From: an uncultured Candidatus Poseidoniales archaeon
Lineage (GTDB): Archaea; Thermoplasmatota; Poseidoniia; Poseidoniales; Poseidoniaceae
DNA length: 64,000 nucleotides
Assembly: GCA_905181715.1 (NCBI GenBank)
Contig: CAJIYT010000006.1
Location: 6,315 to 70,314 of the forward strand
Direction: 5' to 3'
Shown here piece after piece: positions 1 to 9,649 of this stretch. Numbering within the stretch: position 1 is the first letter of the stretch; each line of letters starts with the position of its first letter. A program made the translations under genes and the position numbers. The notes under the pieces were generated by a model. That model saw nothing but the letters and a program-made list of their open reading frames with translations. It did no database searches and was not told the origin of the DNA.

Positions 1-1
1 T

Positions 2-3000
2 GAAGCATTAGAAGCACTCGGACTAGATCCAATGAATGTAACTATGCACCGTTCAGTTGCATCTGATACAATTCACCCCCTAACTGGATTGGCTGTTGGA
101 GATTATTATCTCGCAGATCAACAACCATTCGATCATGATAACGATGGAGTCCCCGACGAGGATATCGATGGATCTGGCCCAGGACGGTACGATGAAGATG
201 ACGATAATGACGGCCGCATCGACCAATTCAAATGGCCATGCGATTTTGACTCCGATGGCTTTCAAGATTATTTTGATGATGATGACGATGGCGATGGTAT
301 TAACGATTTGATAGATCTTAATCCATACGACAAATCAGTGACCGGCACCATGAGTGGCAGCACTAACTCCTTTGATGCCGCTAGGCTTTGGACTCACGGC
401 GGAGCATCCGGTTACAGAGACTTTTCTGCAGGAATCAATTTCGAGACCACAGAACAAAACCGAGTCGACGCAAATGACGATTTCGATTGGGAAGGAGGTA
501 CTGATGGTGATGGCGCAGCAGGAGTGCCAAGCTTCACCGATATCCACGACGGCGATCTCGACGGCGATGGAAATCCTAACTTCTTAGACCCAGACAATGA
601 TAATGATGGGACTCCAGATAGTGCAGATAATGACGACGATAATGACTTATTGCTTGATATGTGGGACCCGGATGACGACAACGACGGCATCGCAGATACT
701 TGCTGGAACATCGATGTTAATGGCGACGGCTTGAACGACTACACACAACTTAACAGCGCTCCTTACCAAACCCCTGGTGCAGATGGCGACGGCGATGGCA
801 TCATCGACTGCGAAATAGATTATGATGGAGATTTGGATGACGATCGCTGGCGAGCGTTTGATCAAAACTATAACGGGATTTGGGATTGGCTTGATGCCGA
901 CATGGGCGGAACACAAACCCCAGACGATGAAGAAAATACCAATAACGACGCATTCAATTTCGCATATGATATGGACGACGACCAAATTCAAAACGAGAAC
1001 GATTCTTTTCCATTGAACTCTACCGTTGAAACCAATGGCTGGAATTGCCCAACTCTGAACACCCCTGTCCCCCTAAACCCTGATCCGAAGTGCGACACAA
1101 TGCGCGCATCATTTGCAGCATTCAATGATTGGGATGGCGATGGCATTTCAAATTGGGACGATGTCGATGACGACGGTGATGGAATAATCGACATCCTTGA
1201 TATCGATTGGGATTGTGATCTGGATAACGATGCTGATTTACACGATATAGACGGCAGTAAATATCGCGACGACGGGCCAAATAGCCTTGATTCCGATATT
1301 GACGGAGATGGACTTACCAACAGTATCGATTGGGATGACGATAACGATGGATTGACTGATTTATACGACCCTGATGATGGTAATTGTGGGATTGTAGATT
1401 ACGATCTTAGCGATGGATTTGTCAGGCCATATTACCCTCAAGAAGACGGCGATGCACTCGATGGTAGCGCCGATGGCCAAACCTACAGTGATGGCATGGA
1501 AGCACACTGGAACATGGTATTCATGACCAACCCCTTCCTTAACGTAGGACTAAATTACAACGGCTTTGATGCGACTACAAATCCTGTTACTAATGGTAAC
1601 GTACCCGAATTCTATTGGTTTATCTTCGCCCGCTGGTCCTCCTACAATGGGGGCAATGAATGGGATGTTGATTCCGATGGAGACTCTTTGCTTAATGGCT
1701 TAGATATCGATCAAGACGCAGATGGAATGCCTGATTGGTGGGATCAAGACGAAAGCAATGATGGTATAATGGACGTTGATGATATCAAAATGGGCGGATC
1801 ATTCAATATGACAGTATGTGGCTGGGTTGCCGGAAATCTCGTAGCGAACGGCGGAGGGTATACTTGTGGTTACGATTATGCAGCAGCCTATCATATGCCC
1901 CTTACTGGAACTAACGCTCAATTCGGGTCACCATATTCTACTAGGCCCGATGCAATTATCGACCAAGGGGCTCTTGTAAGCGCCAATGTTGATTATTCTT
2001 GCACACCAGGCGCACAAGGCGGATGCTGGCACTATGAATTCGACCAACAGACCGCAGATAGTGCTTTGACTTTCCAAGAGATAGAGAACAATCGTGATGG
2101 ATTCCTTCCGTGGATTGGCTTGCGATACGGTATTTGGCAATGGACCAGTGATGCGCCAAACGGTGTTAGCAATTTCCCAGACGAACTAGGTGCAGACAAA
2201 CTAGACAACCACGTCGATGGCGATATAGATGGCGATTTCACCAATAACTCTCTAGATCTCGATGACGATTACGACTCAGTGTACGATTGGTATGATGTCG
2301 ATGATGATAATAACGGCTTATGGGATTACTTTGAAGTCGATACCGACGATGACCTTGACACCGACGAGGGCCAATTAAATTCAAACTTCTTTAGTGGATT
2401 AAATTGTATCGATAACGACGACGACGGCAATGATGCTGACGTAGACGACGATGGATGGTTCCAACCAGTTTGGGACCGCGGAAATTTAAGCCAAGGCCTC
2501 AGACAGCCAAAATTCTACGATGTAGATAATGATAACGACGGAGTGCCAGATCCAGAGGATTTAGATGATGATAACAATGGCAATAACGACGTAGATCAAG
2601 AGCTGGACCCAGGGTGTTTCTGGGGAGAAGAACAGTCACCATTCGATCATGATAATGATGGAATAGTCGATTGGAGCGATGATGATTTTGACGGAGACGG
2701 CATTTCTAACACTGCTGAATTAGCAGCTAGCGGTTTAACCGCTGTATTTGATCATGATAATGATGGCGCCCGTGACGATCTGGACGACGATGATGATGAA
2801 GACGGCATGGAAGACGAGGATGAAGTACTTCTTTGGCCTTCACGCTTCGACCGTAATTCTACAAACCCATGGGATCACGACGATTTCGGTAATGGGGAGG
2901 CATTAGCAAACCCATCCGATTTGAGTACTGGTCCAGATGGAATCGATCAAGACGACGATTGGGATTCCTGGAATGATCTTGATTTCGACCACATGGAAGA

Positions 3001-6000
3001 GGGACAGCAATGTACTCAAGGAGCTAACACTTTCCCTGCTAGCGATTGGGATCACGACAATGATTGTAAGTTAGATGCTGACGATAAGGCTTCGACTTTT
3101 ATCAATTTAGCAACCCCAGATACCCTTTGGCTAGACGCACAAACCCCGGCGATATTCCGAGGTAGCGTTGAATGGATTAATCCAGCGACTCTAAGCCTTG
3201 AACCGTCGCCTGGTTTACCTGTTCAAGTTCATATCGAATGGAACGGAAACAATACTACAGCGATTGAAACAATCGATGTTCTCACCGATGCAGGTGGTAA
3301 TTTCTCAGTCGGGCAATTCCTCTTCCCAGAGGACCTGCACGTTGGCGACGACACTACCTATCGCATCTATGCAGAAGTAACAGAGATGTTTGCCTTTAAT
3401 GGTAATCGCTCGATAGAGTATGATGTCGGCTGTAAAGCAAATTTAACCGTCCGTATCGACGATGTATGGGAGTACTTCCGCAGTGATGAGCAACCATTCT
3501 GGCTTGATTTCTACAGCCTATACGAAGCGGATTATAATAGAGCGATTTATGATAATCGTATCAGGCATGCACCTATCACTTTCGAAATCACTGGAGGAGA
3601 CTTCGGTAATACAGCGAACCCAACTAATTTCACAGGCCCATGGGGCTCAGGATACATGACTGATTCAGTAGGACTGGCCACTCTGACCTTCGTTCAAGAC
3701 GTTGGTTCAGTCGGTTCCTGGAAGCAGATAAAATGGAACTCCACCGCAGATAATGGCCTACTACAGCCGACTGGGGGATACGAAGAAATCATCTGGAATA
3801 ATCTAACTAAGAAGCACGATATTGTAGATGACGGATCCGGAAACCCAACTAGATATTATTGGACAAATACTAGTTTACCAGCAGGCGAAATACAGGTCAT
3901 CGGCCATGTTATTCCAGAACTAGCAGGCGAGTGGCCGGGTCATTCCGGATTGGAATGGCCGTTCCCTTACCTGAATGGCGACAAGACCGAACCTCAAAAC
4001 ATCCGTGTAATGCATCGCATGAATATCGAGGGACAAATGACTTTTAGTGGAATCTCACCTGTTTATTATTGGAAAGGAAATATCAATAATTTCGATGGCA
4101 CTTTTGGTAATTGGGCTTCATTATTCCACCAACAAGCACTAAATGCAGCAGGAATCACATTCGAGGAAGCAAACCTCTACAAGCCATATCCACTACTTTG
4201 GGATGGAAATCCAGCTAGTTTAGCCGGCGAAGAAGCAAAATTACGCGGTTTCCTGAGTATTGCAAACTCGACACATTGGCGTATTAATTTGGTCAATGGA
4301 GGGGATAGTGATCTACCACCTTGTGGCCCAGTGACCCCTTCAGACCCTGCTAGCCCAATACGTTGCGAAATAGTTCCTGAGATGAAAACTCTTAGTTCAT
4401 TAGACATCGAAGGCAAGATAACCAACCGCACAAACGAACCATGGGACAAAGATCCAATCTCATTACAAGTGGATATTGACGGCAACGGCCAATTCTCAGG
4501 TATTTCAGAAAATGCAGGCACAATTAACGAGAGTAAGTTTGGTGCCGATGCATCATATGCGTTCAATTGGAATTGGAAAAAGACATATGCAGCAGGAAAC
4601 TATGGTATGAGAGTTGATTTCACCAACGGGAAAAATTACTTCACAGGCAACTCAACAGAACTATCACCAACAGGGGCTTATATCAACGTCACAGTTGTAG
4701 GGACTACTCAGTTCCTAATGCAGAGCGTTCCTCGCCTTTATCGTAACACTACAACGACGATCGATGCCAGATTACTCGATCAAAGCGGAAATAACCCAAT
4801 ACGTGATGTGCAAGTAAATTGGACTTGGTCGTATGATGGCCGTCAAGGCGTTAATTATACCGACGGAAATGGTGTTTTCCAAATACCGTTCGAGGTAAAC
4901 ACCACAGACGATCTTGGCAACTATACCCTGACTTTCCAATACGCAGGAAATCAACTATTCGAAGGCAATATTGCAACTCAATCGATTTGGGTGGTTTCAC
5001 GGACTTATCTCAATGTGGTCCAAACCGATCCTAATTTCAGACAATCGGGAGATCGGTGGGATTTCACAGCTCAGGTTGCAGATGACAATATGACGTATAT
5101 ACGCGATAGTGGAGGTTTGGCTTTAGACGGTGAAAATTCCCCAGGCGGCGGTTTAGTCGATGTTATTTATGAAGGGACTGATTTTAATGGCGTGACACAT
5201 AGACAAGTTGTGGCAACTCTTGCTCCAAATGCTGGATTGATTTCGCTACCCGAACCTCAACCAGACGGCAGCCATCTCTGTTTCTATGACGGTAATGGCG
5301 ATATGGTGCCAGACCGCGATATTAACAACGACGGAGTCCTCTCAAGAGAGGAAACCATCGGTTGTCTCAAAGCAAACATCACACCACTACTTCCTCAATT
5401 GCTCAGCGAAGACCCTGACGGATTCCTTCCGAATGGATTCGGGCCAGTCAGTGTAATTTTGCGCTTTGAAGAAACATTGCCTAACGAAGGTTGCTTGTCT
5501 TTGAATGTAAACACTCTGGGACAGCAAGGAAAGTGGGACCCGTGTGTTGACGAAATAGGCAACGATCACTTCAGAGTCTTAATGTCATACAATACCAATG
5601 GCTTCTCATTGATAGGTAGGACCAATTTAGTCGTCGATGATCAAATTGTCTATACTAGTGAAATAAATCCACTAACTGGATTGGTTGTACCAAAGCCGAT
5701 GGTCGTTACCGGCCAAATCTCTGATGAGCTTGGTACAAATCTTTCCTTTAGGAAGATTAGAGTCAACTATGAGATGGTAAACAGTGCCGAAGGACCAATA
5801 GCTTGTCTTAATGGTGTAACCGATATCGATGGAAAGTTTGCAATTACCTGCCCACTCGACGATATTACAGCTGGAAATGCGAGAGTAAGTGTTATCTATT
5901 CTGCATGGGATAATAACGACGCATATCGCTATCAGAATAAGACACTTCAGACCGAATTCGATGTATTCAGTAATTCGTCATTGGTACTAACAGAAGTCGG

Positions 6001-7366
6001 ACCATTCAGGTCTAGTATTGAGCAATATATCGCCCCTAATGGAACCATTTACGATGTACTTTACCTCAAGGAGAGTTTCCACATCGACGCTATATTGTCG
6101 CAATCTAATGGTTTACCAGTTGGCGGAAAGTGTTTGAATATCTATCTGGATCCTGAACAAAATGTCAGGCCAATCGCTACCATCCATACACGAGAGTCAG
6201 ATGGAACAATCGAATGGTATAGTAGTGACCCTACTCAAAATCCAACTCTGAGAGGAGTGGAGACTACAGGCGGGAAACTAGAAGGATTTAGAACCTTGAA
6301 AATAGCCTTTGAACCAGATCGAAATGTCCCAGGCGGATGCGATAAAGAAACATCAACTGTGCTCAATGGCTCATTTATCGAGAAAACAATTCTTGTTCGC
6401 TCACAAATAGATTTGACCATGAAAACATCGTGGGCAAACGCAGGTTCGAATGGCTTATTGGAGGGCGATCAGGTTCTCGGTGAAGTTGCTTTACTCAGAA
6501 AGCGTTTGGATTTGGCAGTTGAAAGCGAAGAGATATGGTTTGTCAGGCAATATTGGGACGCATCCAATGGCGAATGGGTTACAGAGGGAAGAAATGAATC
6601 TATAACCAATGAACAGGGTATGGCTAACTTCGAATGGGCTTTCTCTGGCAGATCCTGCGAGGGAGAACCTTGTTCGGGTAGATGGAGAATCGTGGCATAT
6701 TATCCAGGTTCGACCTTCTTTGCTGAATCAAGCGACAATATCACATTAGAATTATCATGGCAAGAACGAACGATTACTGATAGCGCGGGTGGGTTTTTCA
6801 CACCAAGTACGATTATGGGCACAGTCATCATGCTAATGTCTGCTTTGATTGCAGGAATCCTGTATTATCGTAGATCCGCCGCACGTCGTCAAATAGAGGC
6901 TTTACGTGGAATTTTGACCGATACTATGTTGCAATTACAGGCTGCGAATGAATACATTGCTATCATTTTCGATTGCTACAAGCAATTGGTGAAGCATTTC
7001 AGACGCCATGGATTTATGAAGAAGGTCTATGAAACAACTAGAGAATTCGAAGCAGCTGTTAGAAATGCATTCTACATGGTCCCAGCGGATCAACTAGGGG
7101 AATTCCTTTCGATATTCGAAGAGGCACGATACTCCGATCACGACATTGGTCCTAGCCACAGAGACAGAGCTATGCAAACTCTAGGGGCAATCTCTCAGAG
7201 CCTAGATATGGCACTTGGAGACGCCGGAATGATTGCTCGTTCTGAAGAAGACACCGGCAAGTTGTATGACCAACTAACCAAAGCTGGAGAATTCAAAACC
7301 GCAGATGGAACTGTGATTCAGGCTGGCCTCGACTCTGAAGCCGAACAATCTAATTTCAAGATTTAA
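2..7366 (+). CDS. Giant membrane-anchored acidic protein, 5'-truncated by the window edge (>2450 aa): TSP3-like DxDxDG repeats, Ig-like stalk, one TM helix, C-terminal DUF4129-like domain
   Basis: The frame is open from nt 2 (EALEALGLDPM...), so the ATG at 32 is probably internal. Dozens of DxDxDG motifs occur in the first ~1000 aa. TM segment TIMGTVIMLMSALIAGILYY. Tail YKQLVKHF..G...T.REF....FEEARYSDHDI matches the DUF4129 pattern. Confidence 0.85.
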   Translation, partial: EALEALGLDPMNVTMHRSVASDTIHPLTGLAVGDYYLADQQPFDHDNDGVPDEDIDGSGPGRYDEDDDNDGRIDQFKWPCDFDSDGFQDYFDDDDDGDGINDLIDLNPYDKSVTGTMSGSTNSFDAARLWTHGGASGYRDFSAGINFETTEQNRVDANDDFDWEGGTDGDGAAGVPSFTDIHDGDLDGDGNPNFLDPDNDNDGTPDSADNDDDNDLLLDMWDPDDDNDGIADTCWNIDVNGDGLNDYTQLNSAPYQTPGADGDGDGIIDCEIDYDGDLDDDRWRAFDQNYNGIWDWLDADMGGTQTPDDEENTNNDAFNFAYDMDDDQIQNENDSFPLNSTVETNGWNCPTLNTPVPLNPDPKCDTMRASFAAFNDWDGDGISNWDDVDDDGDGIIDILDIDWDCDLDNDADLHDIDGSKYRDDGPNSLDSDIDGDGLTNSIDWDDDNDGLTDLYDPDDGNCGIVDYDLSDGFVRPYYPQEDGDALDGSADGQTYSDGMEAHWNMVFMTNPFLNVGLNYNGFDATTNPVTNGNVPEFYWFIFARWSSYNGGNEWDVDSDGDSLLNGLDIDQDADGMPDWWDQDESNDGIMDVDDIKMGGSFNMTVCGWVAGNLVANGGGYTCGYDYAAAYHMPLTGTNAQFGSPYSTRPDAIIDQGALVSANVDYSCTPGAQGGCWHYEFDQQTADSALTFQEIENNRDGFLPWIGLRYGIWQWTSDAPNGVSNFPDELGADKLDNHVDGDIDGDFTNNSLDLDDDYDSVYDWYDVDDDNNGLWDYFEVDTDDDLDTDEGQLNSNFFSGLNCIDNDDDGNDADVDDDGWFQPVWDRGNLSQGLRQPKFYDVDNDNDGVPDPEDLDDDNNGNNDVDQELDPGCFWGEEQSPFDHDNDGIVDWSDDDFDGDGISNTAELAASGLTAVFDHDNDGARDDLDDDDDEDGMEDEDEVLLWPSRFDRNSTNPWDHDDFGNGEALANPSDLSTGPDGIDQDDDWDSWNDLDFDHMEEGQQCTQGANTFPASDWDHDNDCKLDADDKASTFINLATPDTLWLDAQTPAIFRGSVEWINPATLSLEPSPGLPVQVHIEWNGNNTTAIETIDVLTDAGGNFSVGQFLFPEDLHVGDDTTYRIYAEVTEMFAFNGNRSIEYDVGCKANLTVRIDDVWEYFRSDEQPFWLDFYSLYEADYNRAIYDNRIRHAPITFEITGGDFGNTANPTNFTGPWGSGYMTDSVGLATLTFVQDVGSVGSWKQIKWNSTADNGLLQPTGGYEEIIWNNLTKKHDIVDDGSGNPTRYYWTNTSLPAGEIQVIGHVIPELAGEWPGHSGLEWPFPYLNGDKTEPQNIRVMHRMNIEGQMTFSGISPVYYWKGNINNFDGTFGNWASLFHQQALNAAGITFEEANLYKPYPLLWDGNPASLAGEEAKLRGFLSIANSTHWRINLVNGGDSDLPPCGPVTPSDPASPIRCEIVPEMKTLSSLDIEGKITNRTNEPWDKDPISLQVDIDGNGQFSGISENAGTINESKFGADASYAFNWNWKKTYAAGNYGMRVDFTNGKNYFTGNSTELSPTGAYINVTVVGTTQFLMQSVPRLYRNTTTTIDARLLDQSGNNPIRDVQVNWTWSYDGRQGVNYTDGNGVFQIPFEVNTTDDLGNYTLTFQYAGNQLFEGNIATQSIWVVSRTYLNVVQTDPNFRQSGDRWDFTAQVADDNMTYIRDSGGLALDGENSPGGGLVDVIYEGTDFNGVTHRQVVATLAPNAGLISLPEPQPDGSHLCFYDGNGDMVPDRDINNDGVLSREETIGCLKANITPLLPQLLSEDPDGFLPNGFGPVSVILRFEETLPNEGCLSLNVNTLGQQGKWDPCVDEIGNDHFRVLMSYNTNGFSLIGRTNLVVDDQIVYTSEINPLTGLVVPKPMVVTGQISDELGTNLSFRKIRVNYEMVNSAEGPIACLNGVTDIDGKFAITCPLDDITAGNARVSVIYSAWDNNDAYRYQNKTLQTEFDVFSNSSLVLTEVGPFRSSIEQYIAPNGTIYDVLYLKESFHIDAILSQSNGLPVGGKCLNIYLDPEQNVRPIATIHTRESDGTIEWYSSDPTQNPTLRGVETTGGKLEGFRTLKIAFEPDRNVPGGCDKETSTVLNGSFIEKTILVRSQIDLTMKTSWANAGSNGLLEGDQVLGEVALLRKRLDLAVESEEIWFVRQYWDASNGEWVTEGRNESITNEQGMANFEWAFSGRSCEGEPCSGRWRIVAYYPGSTFFAESSDNITLELSWQERTITDSAGGFFTPSTIMGTVIMLMSALIAGILYYRRSAARRQIEALRGILTDTMLQLQAANEYIAIIFDCYKQLVKHFRRHGFMKKVYETTREFEAAVRNAFYMVPADQLGEFLSIFEEARYSDHDIGPSHRDRAMQTLGAISQSLDMALGDAGMIARSEEDTGKLYDQLTKAGEFKTADGTVIQAGLDSEAEQSNFKI

Positions 7367-7434
7367 AGCGATTAATTATAGGTATTTGCTTGATTTGATA
7401 TAGGCGCAGCATTGATGGTCTCTCGCGTACTCGG

Positions 7435-7884
7435 TTGGGCATGGAGGATTGGAAATCTCTCATCGATCAAGCAATGCAACAGGAATCAACCGATTTAATC
7501 GGAGCCCATAAAATATATGGCGACGCAGTGCAAGTAGCATTGTCCAATGCTCAGTTATTACTTGGCGACCTGGAAGCAGTACAACTAATGGAATCTATTT
7601 ATGGGGCCTTAGTTGCCTATTCACAGCAAGTGATGCTTAGAATGCGTGCTGAAGATCCAGAGATCGGAGGCGTAGATCACGCTTTCAGAGCCGGACAAGC
7701 ATACGGGGTTAGTTGTGTTCTCAACCATCTGATTGACCAACTCACCGATGTATCAGCAATCACTTCTTTAGAGGCGCTTGATGATTTCTCAGATACACTA
7801 CATGATGAGATTGTAGTTCAAGCAAGAGGGGCTGGCCTAACCGTCGAATTACTCGATGCAAAGGGCGAGATACTCTACGATTGA
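7435..7884 (+). CDS. Hypothetical helical protein (TTG start at 7435 or ATG at 7441)
   Basis: 149-aa ORF filling the gap between the giant protein and the r-protein operon; no family recognised. Confidence 0.7.
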   Translation: MGMEDWKSLIDQAMQQESTDLIGAHKIYGDAVQVALSNAQLLLGDLEAVQLMESIYGALVAYSQQVMLRMRAEDPEIGGVDHAFRAGQAYGVSCVLNHLIDQLTDVSAITSLEALDDFSDTLHDEIVVQARGAGLTVELLDAKGEILYD

Positions 7885-7926
7885 GATTTACTAGCACATT
7901 ATAGGACGCAGTATCGCGTCGGTGCC

Positions 7927-7969
7927 TTCATAACAGGTTGTCAAGTCGCCGAGATGCTTCCATAGCATC
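7927..7969 (+). promoter_or_regulatory. Putative promoter and leader of the rpl18e operon: TATA-like TTCATAA, GTCGCCGA, short hairpin GATGCT-tccat-AGCATC
   Basis: Read directly from the sequence; the same arrangement occurs upstream of rpl21e. Confidence 0.4.
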
Positions 7970-7980
7970 GAGTGAGTCAT

Positions 7981-8346
7981 ATGAGCAGACCAACAAGCAA
8001 GACCAACCAGAGTCTCATCGATCTAATCGATGAACTAAAGGCCAAATCTCGCGACACCGGTTCAGCACTATGGCGAGATGTTGCCCTACGCCTTTCAAGG
8101 AGTCGTAGCAACTGGGTTCAACCGAATCTTAGCCGCTTGAGTAGATATGCCCCCGAGGGCGCAACCGTCCTCGTCCCGGGCAAACTTCTCGGCAGTGGAG
8201 ATCTCGTGCGAAGTCACAACGTCGCCGCCTACAGTGTTAGCGCTGGTGCCCGTGAGAAGATCGAGGCAGCTGGAGGACGCGTAATGTCCCTTAGTGAGCT
8301 GATGAATGAAAACCCAAAAGGATCGGAGGTGATTATCCTTGGATGA
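7981..8346 (+). CDS. rpl18e: 50S ribosomal protein L18e (eL18)
   Basis: MSRPTSKTNQ..., LWRDVA.RL.RSRSN..QPNLSRL, VLVPGKLLGSG, A.EKIEAAGG; conserved archaeal operon order. Confidence 0.96.
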   Translation: MSRPTSKTNQSLIDLIDELKAKSRDTGSALWRDVALRLSRSRSNWVQPNLSRLSRYAPEGATVLVPGKLLGSGDLVRSHNVAAYSVSAGAREKIEAAGGRVMSLSELMNENPKGSEVIILG

Positions 8347-8824
8347 TACGACCTACGTATTCGATGCCGATGGCCTGATAATGGGCCGTTTGGCGAGCAA
8401 GGTCGCCGACCTTCTGTATAAATCAGCACGAGCTGGTGGAGAAGACAAAGTAATAATCGTCAACGCTGAAAAGGCAATCGTTTCTGGAAAACCATCCAGT
8501 GTCATGAAGGAATACCATCAGAAGTATGAACTCAACCATGCACGTAAGGGTCCATTTTTCCCACGTATGCCTGATATGATACTCAAGAGAGCCGTTCGTG
8601 GAATGCTACCTTATCAGAGGAAAAGCAGTGGACGCAAAGCATTGCTAGCACTTCGTGTTGAAATTGGCTGCCCTTCTAATTTGAAAGGCGACCTACCTGA
8701 AGGACACGAACAAGGCGATGATTCAAAAATCCGCAGGGATTTACCAGCTCGATACGTCAGTCTCGGTGCAATAAGCGCAGATCTTGGCGCACCTGCACAC
8801 CGCTGGGCCGGAGGTGAACAGTAA
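8339..8824 (+). CDS. rpl13: 50S ribosomal protein L13 (uL13)
   Basis: DADGLIMGRLASKVA, NAEKAIVSG, GPFFPRMPDMILKRAVRGMLPY; TTG start overlaps the rpl18e stop. Confidence 0.96.
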   Translation: MDDTTYVFDADGLIMGRLASKVADLLYKSARAGGEDKVIIVNAEKAIVSGKPSSVMKEYHQKYELNHARKGPFFPRMPDMILKRAVRGMLPYQRKSSGRKALLALRVEIGCPSNLKGDLPEGHEQGDDSKIRRDLPARYVSLGAISADLGAPAHRWAGGEQ

Positions 8825-9258
8825 TGGCACGTAAGAAGAATAAGATCGTACACACCTCTGGAAAGAGAAAGACCGCGGTTGCAAGAGCTACAGTAAAGGC
8901 AGGAAAGGGAAGGGTTCGAGTCAACAGTGAACCTATCCAGATTCTCCAGCCAGCACTATCCCGTCAAAAGGCAATGGAACCACTAATTATCGCTGAGGCC
9001 ATGAAGAGAATGAGTAAAGTAGACATCAATATCCTAATTCATGGCGGAGGTGTGATGGGTCAAACCGACGCTATCAGAACCGCTATCGCAAGGGGTTTGG
9101 TTCACTATAATGGTGGCGCAGAAGGAATTGACGATGAACTGAGAGATGAGTATCTTCGCTTTGATCGCAATCTTTTGGTCAACGACCCTCGCCGTAAGGA
9201 ACCGAAACATCAACTCGGTCGTGGCGCAAGAAAGAAGAAGCAGAAGTCCTATAGGTGA
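8824..9258 (+). CDS. rps9: 30S ribosomal protein S9 (uS9)
   Basis: SGKRKTAVARA, GGGVMGQTDAIRTAIARGL, DPRRKEPK..GRGARKKKQKSYR. Confidence 0.97.
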   Translation: MARKKNKIVHTSGKRKTAVARATVKAGKGRVRVNSEPIQILQPALSRQKAMEPLIIAEAMKRMSKVDINILIHGGGVMGQTDAIRTAIARGLVHYNGGAEGIDDELRDEYLRFDRNLLVNDPRRKEPKHQLGRGARKKKQKSYR

Positions 9259-9263
9259 TATAA

Positions 9264-9467
9264 ATGATAATTCCAGTACGTTGCTACAGTTGCGGTGGTT
9301 TAGTCGCTCACAAGTGGGAAGAATTCAATGAGAAGCTTGAGGCCGGTATCGAGTACGCTCAGGCTCTTGACGAGGTTGGTTTAATCCGTTATTGTTGCCG
9401 GAGAATGTTTCTCGGGCACGTCGACCTCATCACTGAGATTGCACCGTTTAGTCGATCCCGTGAATGA
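9264..9467 (+). CDS. rpoN: DNA-directed RNA polymerase subunit N (Rpo10)
   Basis: MIIPVRCYSCG...RYCCRRM motif; follows rps9 as in other archaea. Confidence 0.96.
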   Translation: MIIPVRCYSCGGLVAHKWEEFNEKLEAGIEYAQALDEVGLIRYCCRRMFLGHVDLITEIAPFSRSRE

Positions 9468-9474
9468 AGTTCCC

Positions 9475-9549
9475 GGGCCCGTGGGTTAGCTTGGCCTATA
9501 CTTGGCGGCTGGGGGCCGTCAGACTCCAGTTCAAATCTGGACGGGCCCA
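9475..9549 (+). tRNA. tRNA-Pro(GGG)
   Basis: Acceptor GGGCCCG/CGGGCCC, anticodon arm GGCGG-CT GGG GG-CCGTC, T arm TCCAG-TTCAAAT-CTGGA; CCA not encoded. Confidence 0.95.
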
Positions 9550-9624
9550 TTTCAAAAGTAGCTGTAATCGACAAACAGACTCTTATCTATGGCTATTAGC
9601 GATAACCGTAGATGGTCATCTTGA

Positions 9625-9645
9625 TGTGGTATGAACCATACCACA
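9625..9645. promoter_or_regulatory. Perfect 9-3-9 palindrome TGTGGTATG-AAC-CATACCACA (putative operator)
   Basis: Exact inverted repeat ending 4 nt before the ATG at 9650. Confidence 0.45.
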
Positions 9646-9649
9646 AGTC

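Noticed and set aside
80-7000. Many short ORFs on other frames and the opposite strand inside long genes (here and throughout the window)
   Set aside because: They are fully nested shadows of well-supported genes, with Ser/Ile/Pro-biased translations and no family motifs.
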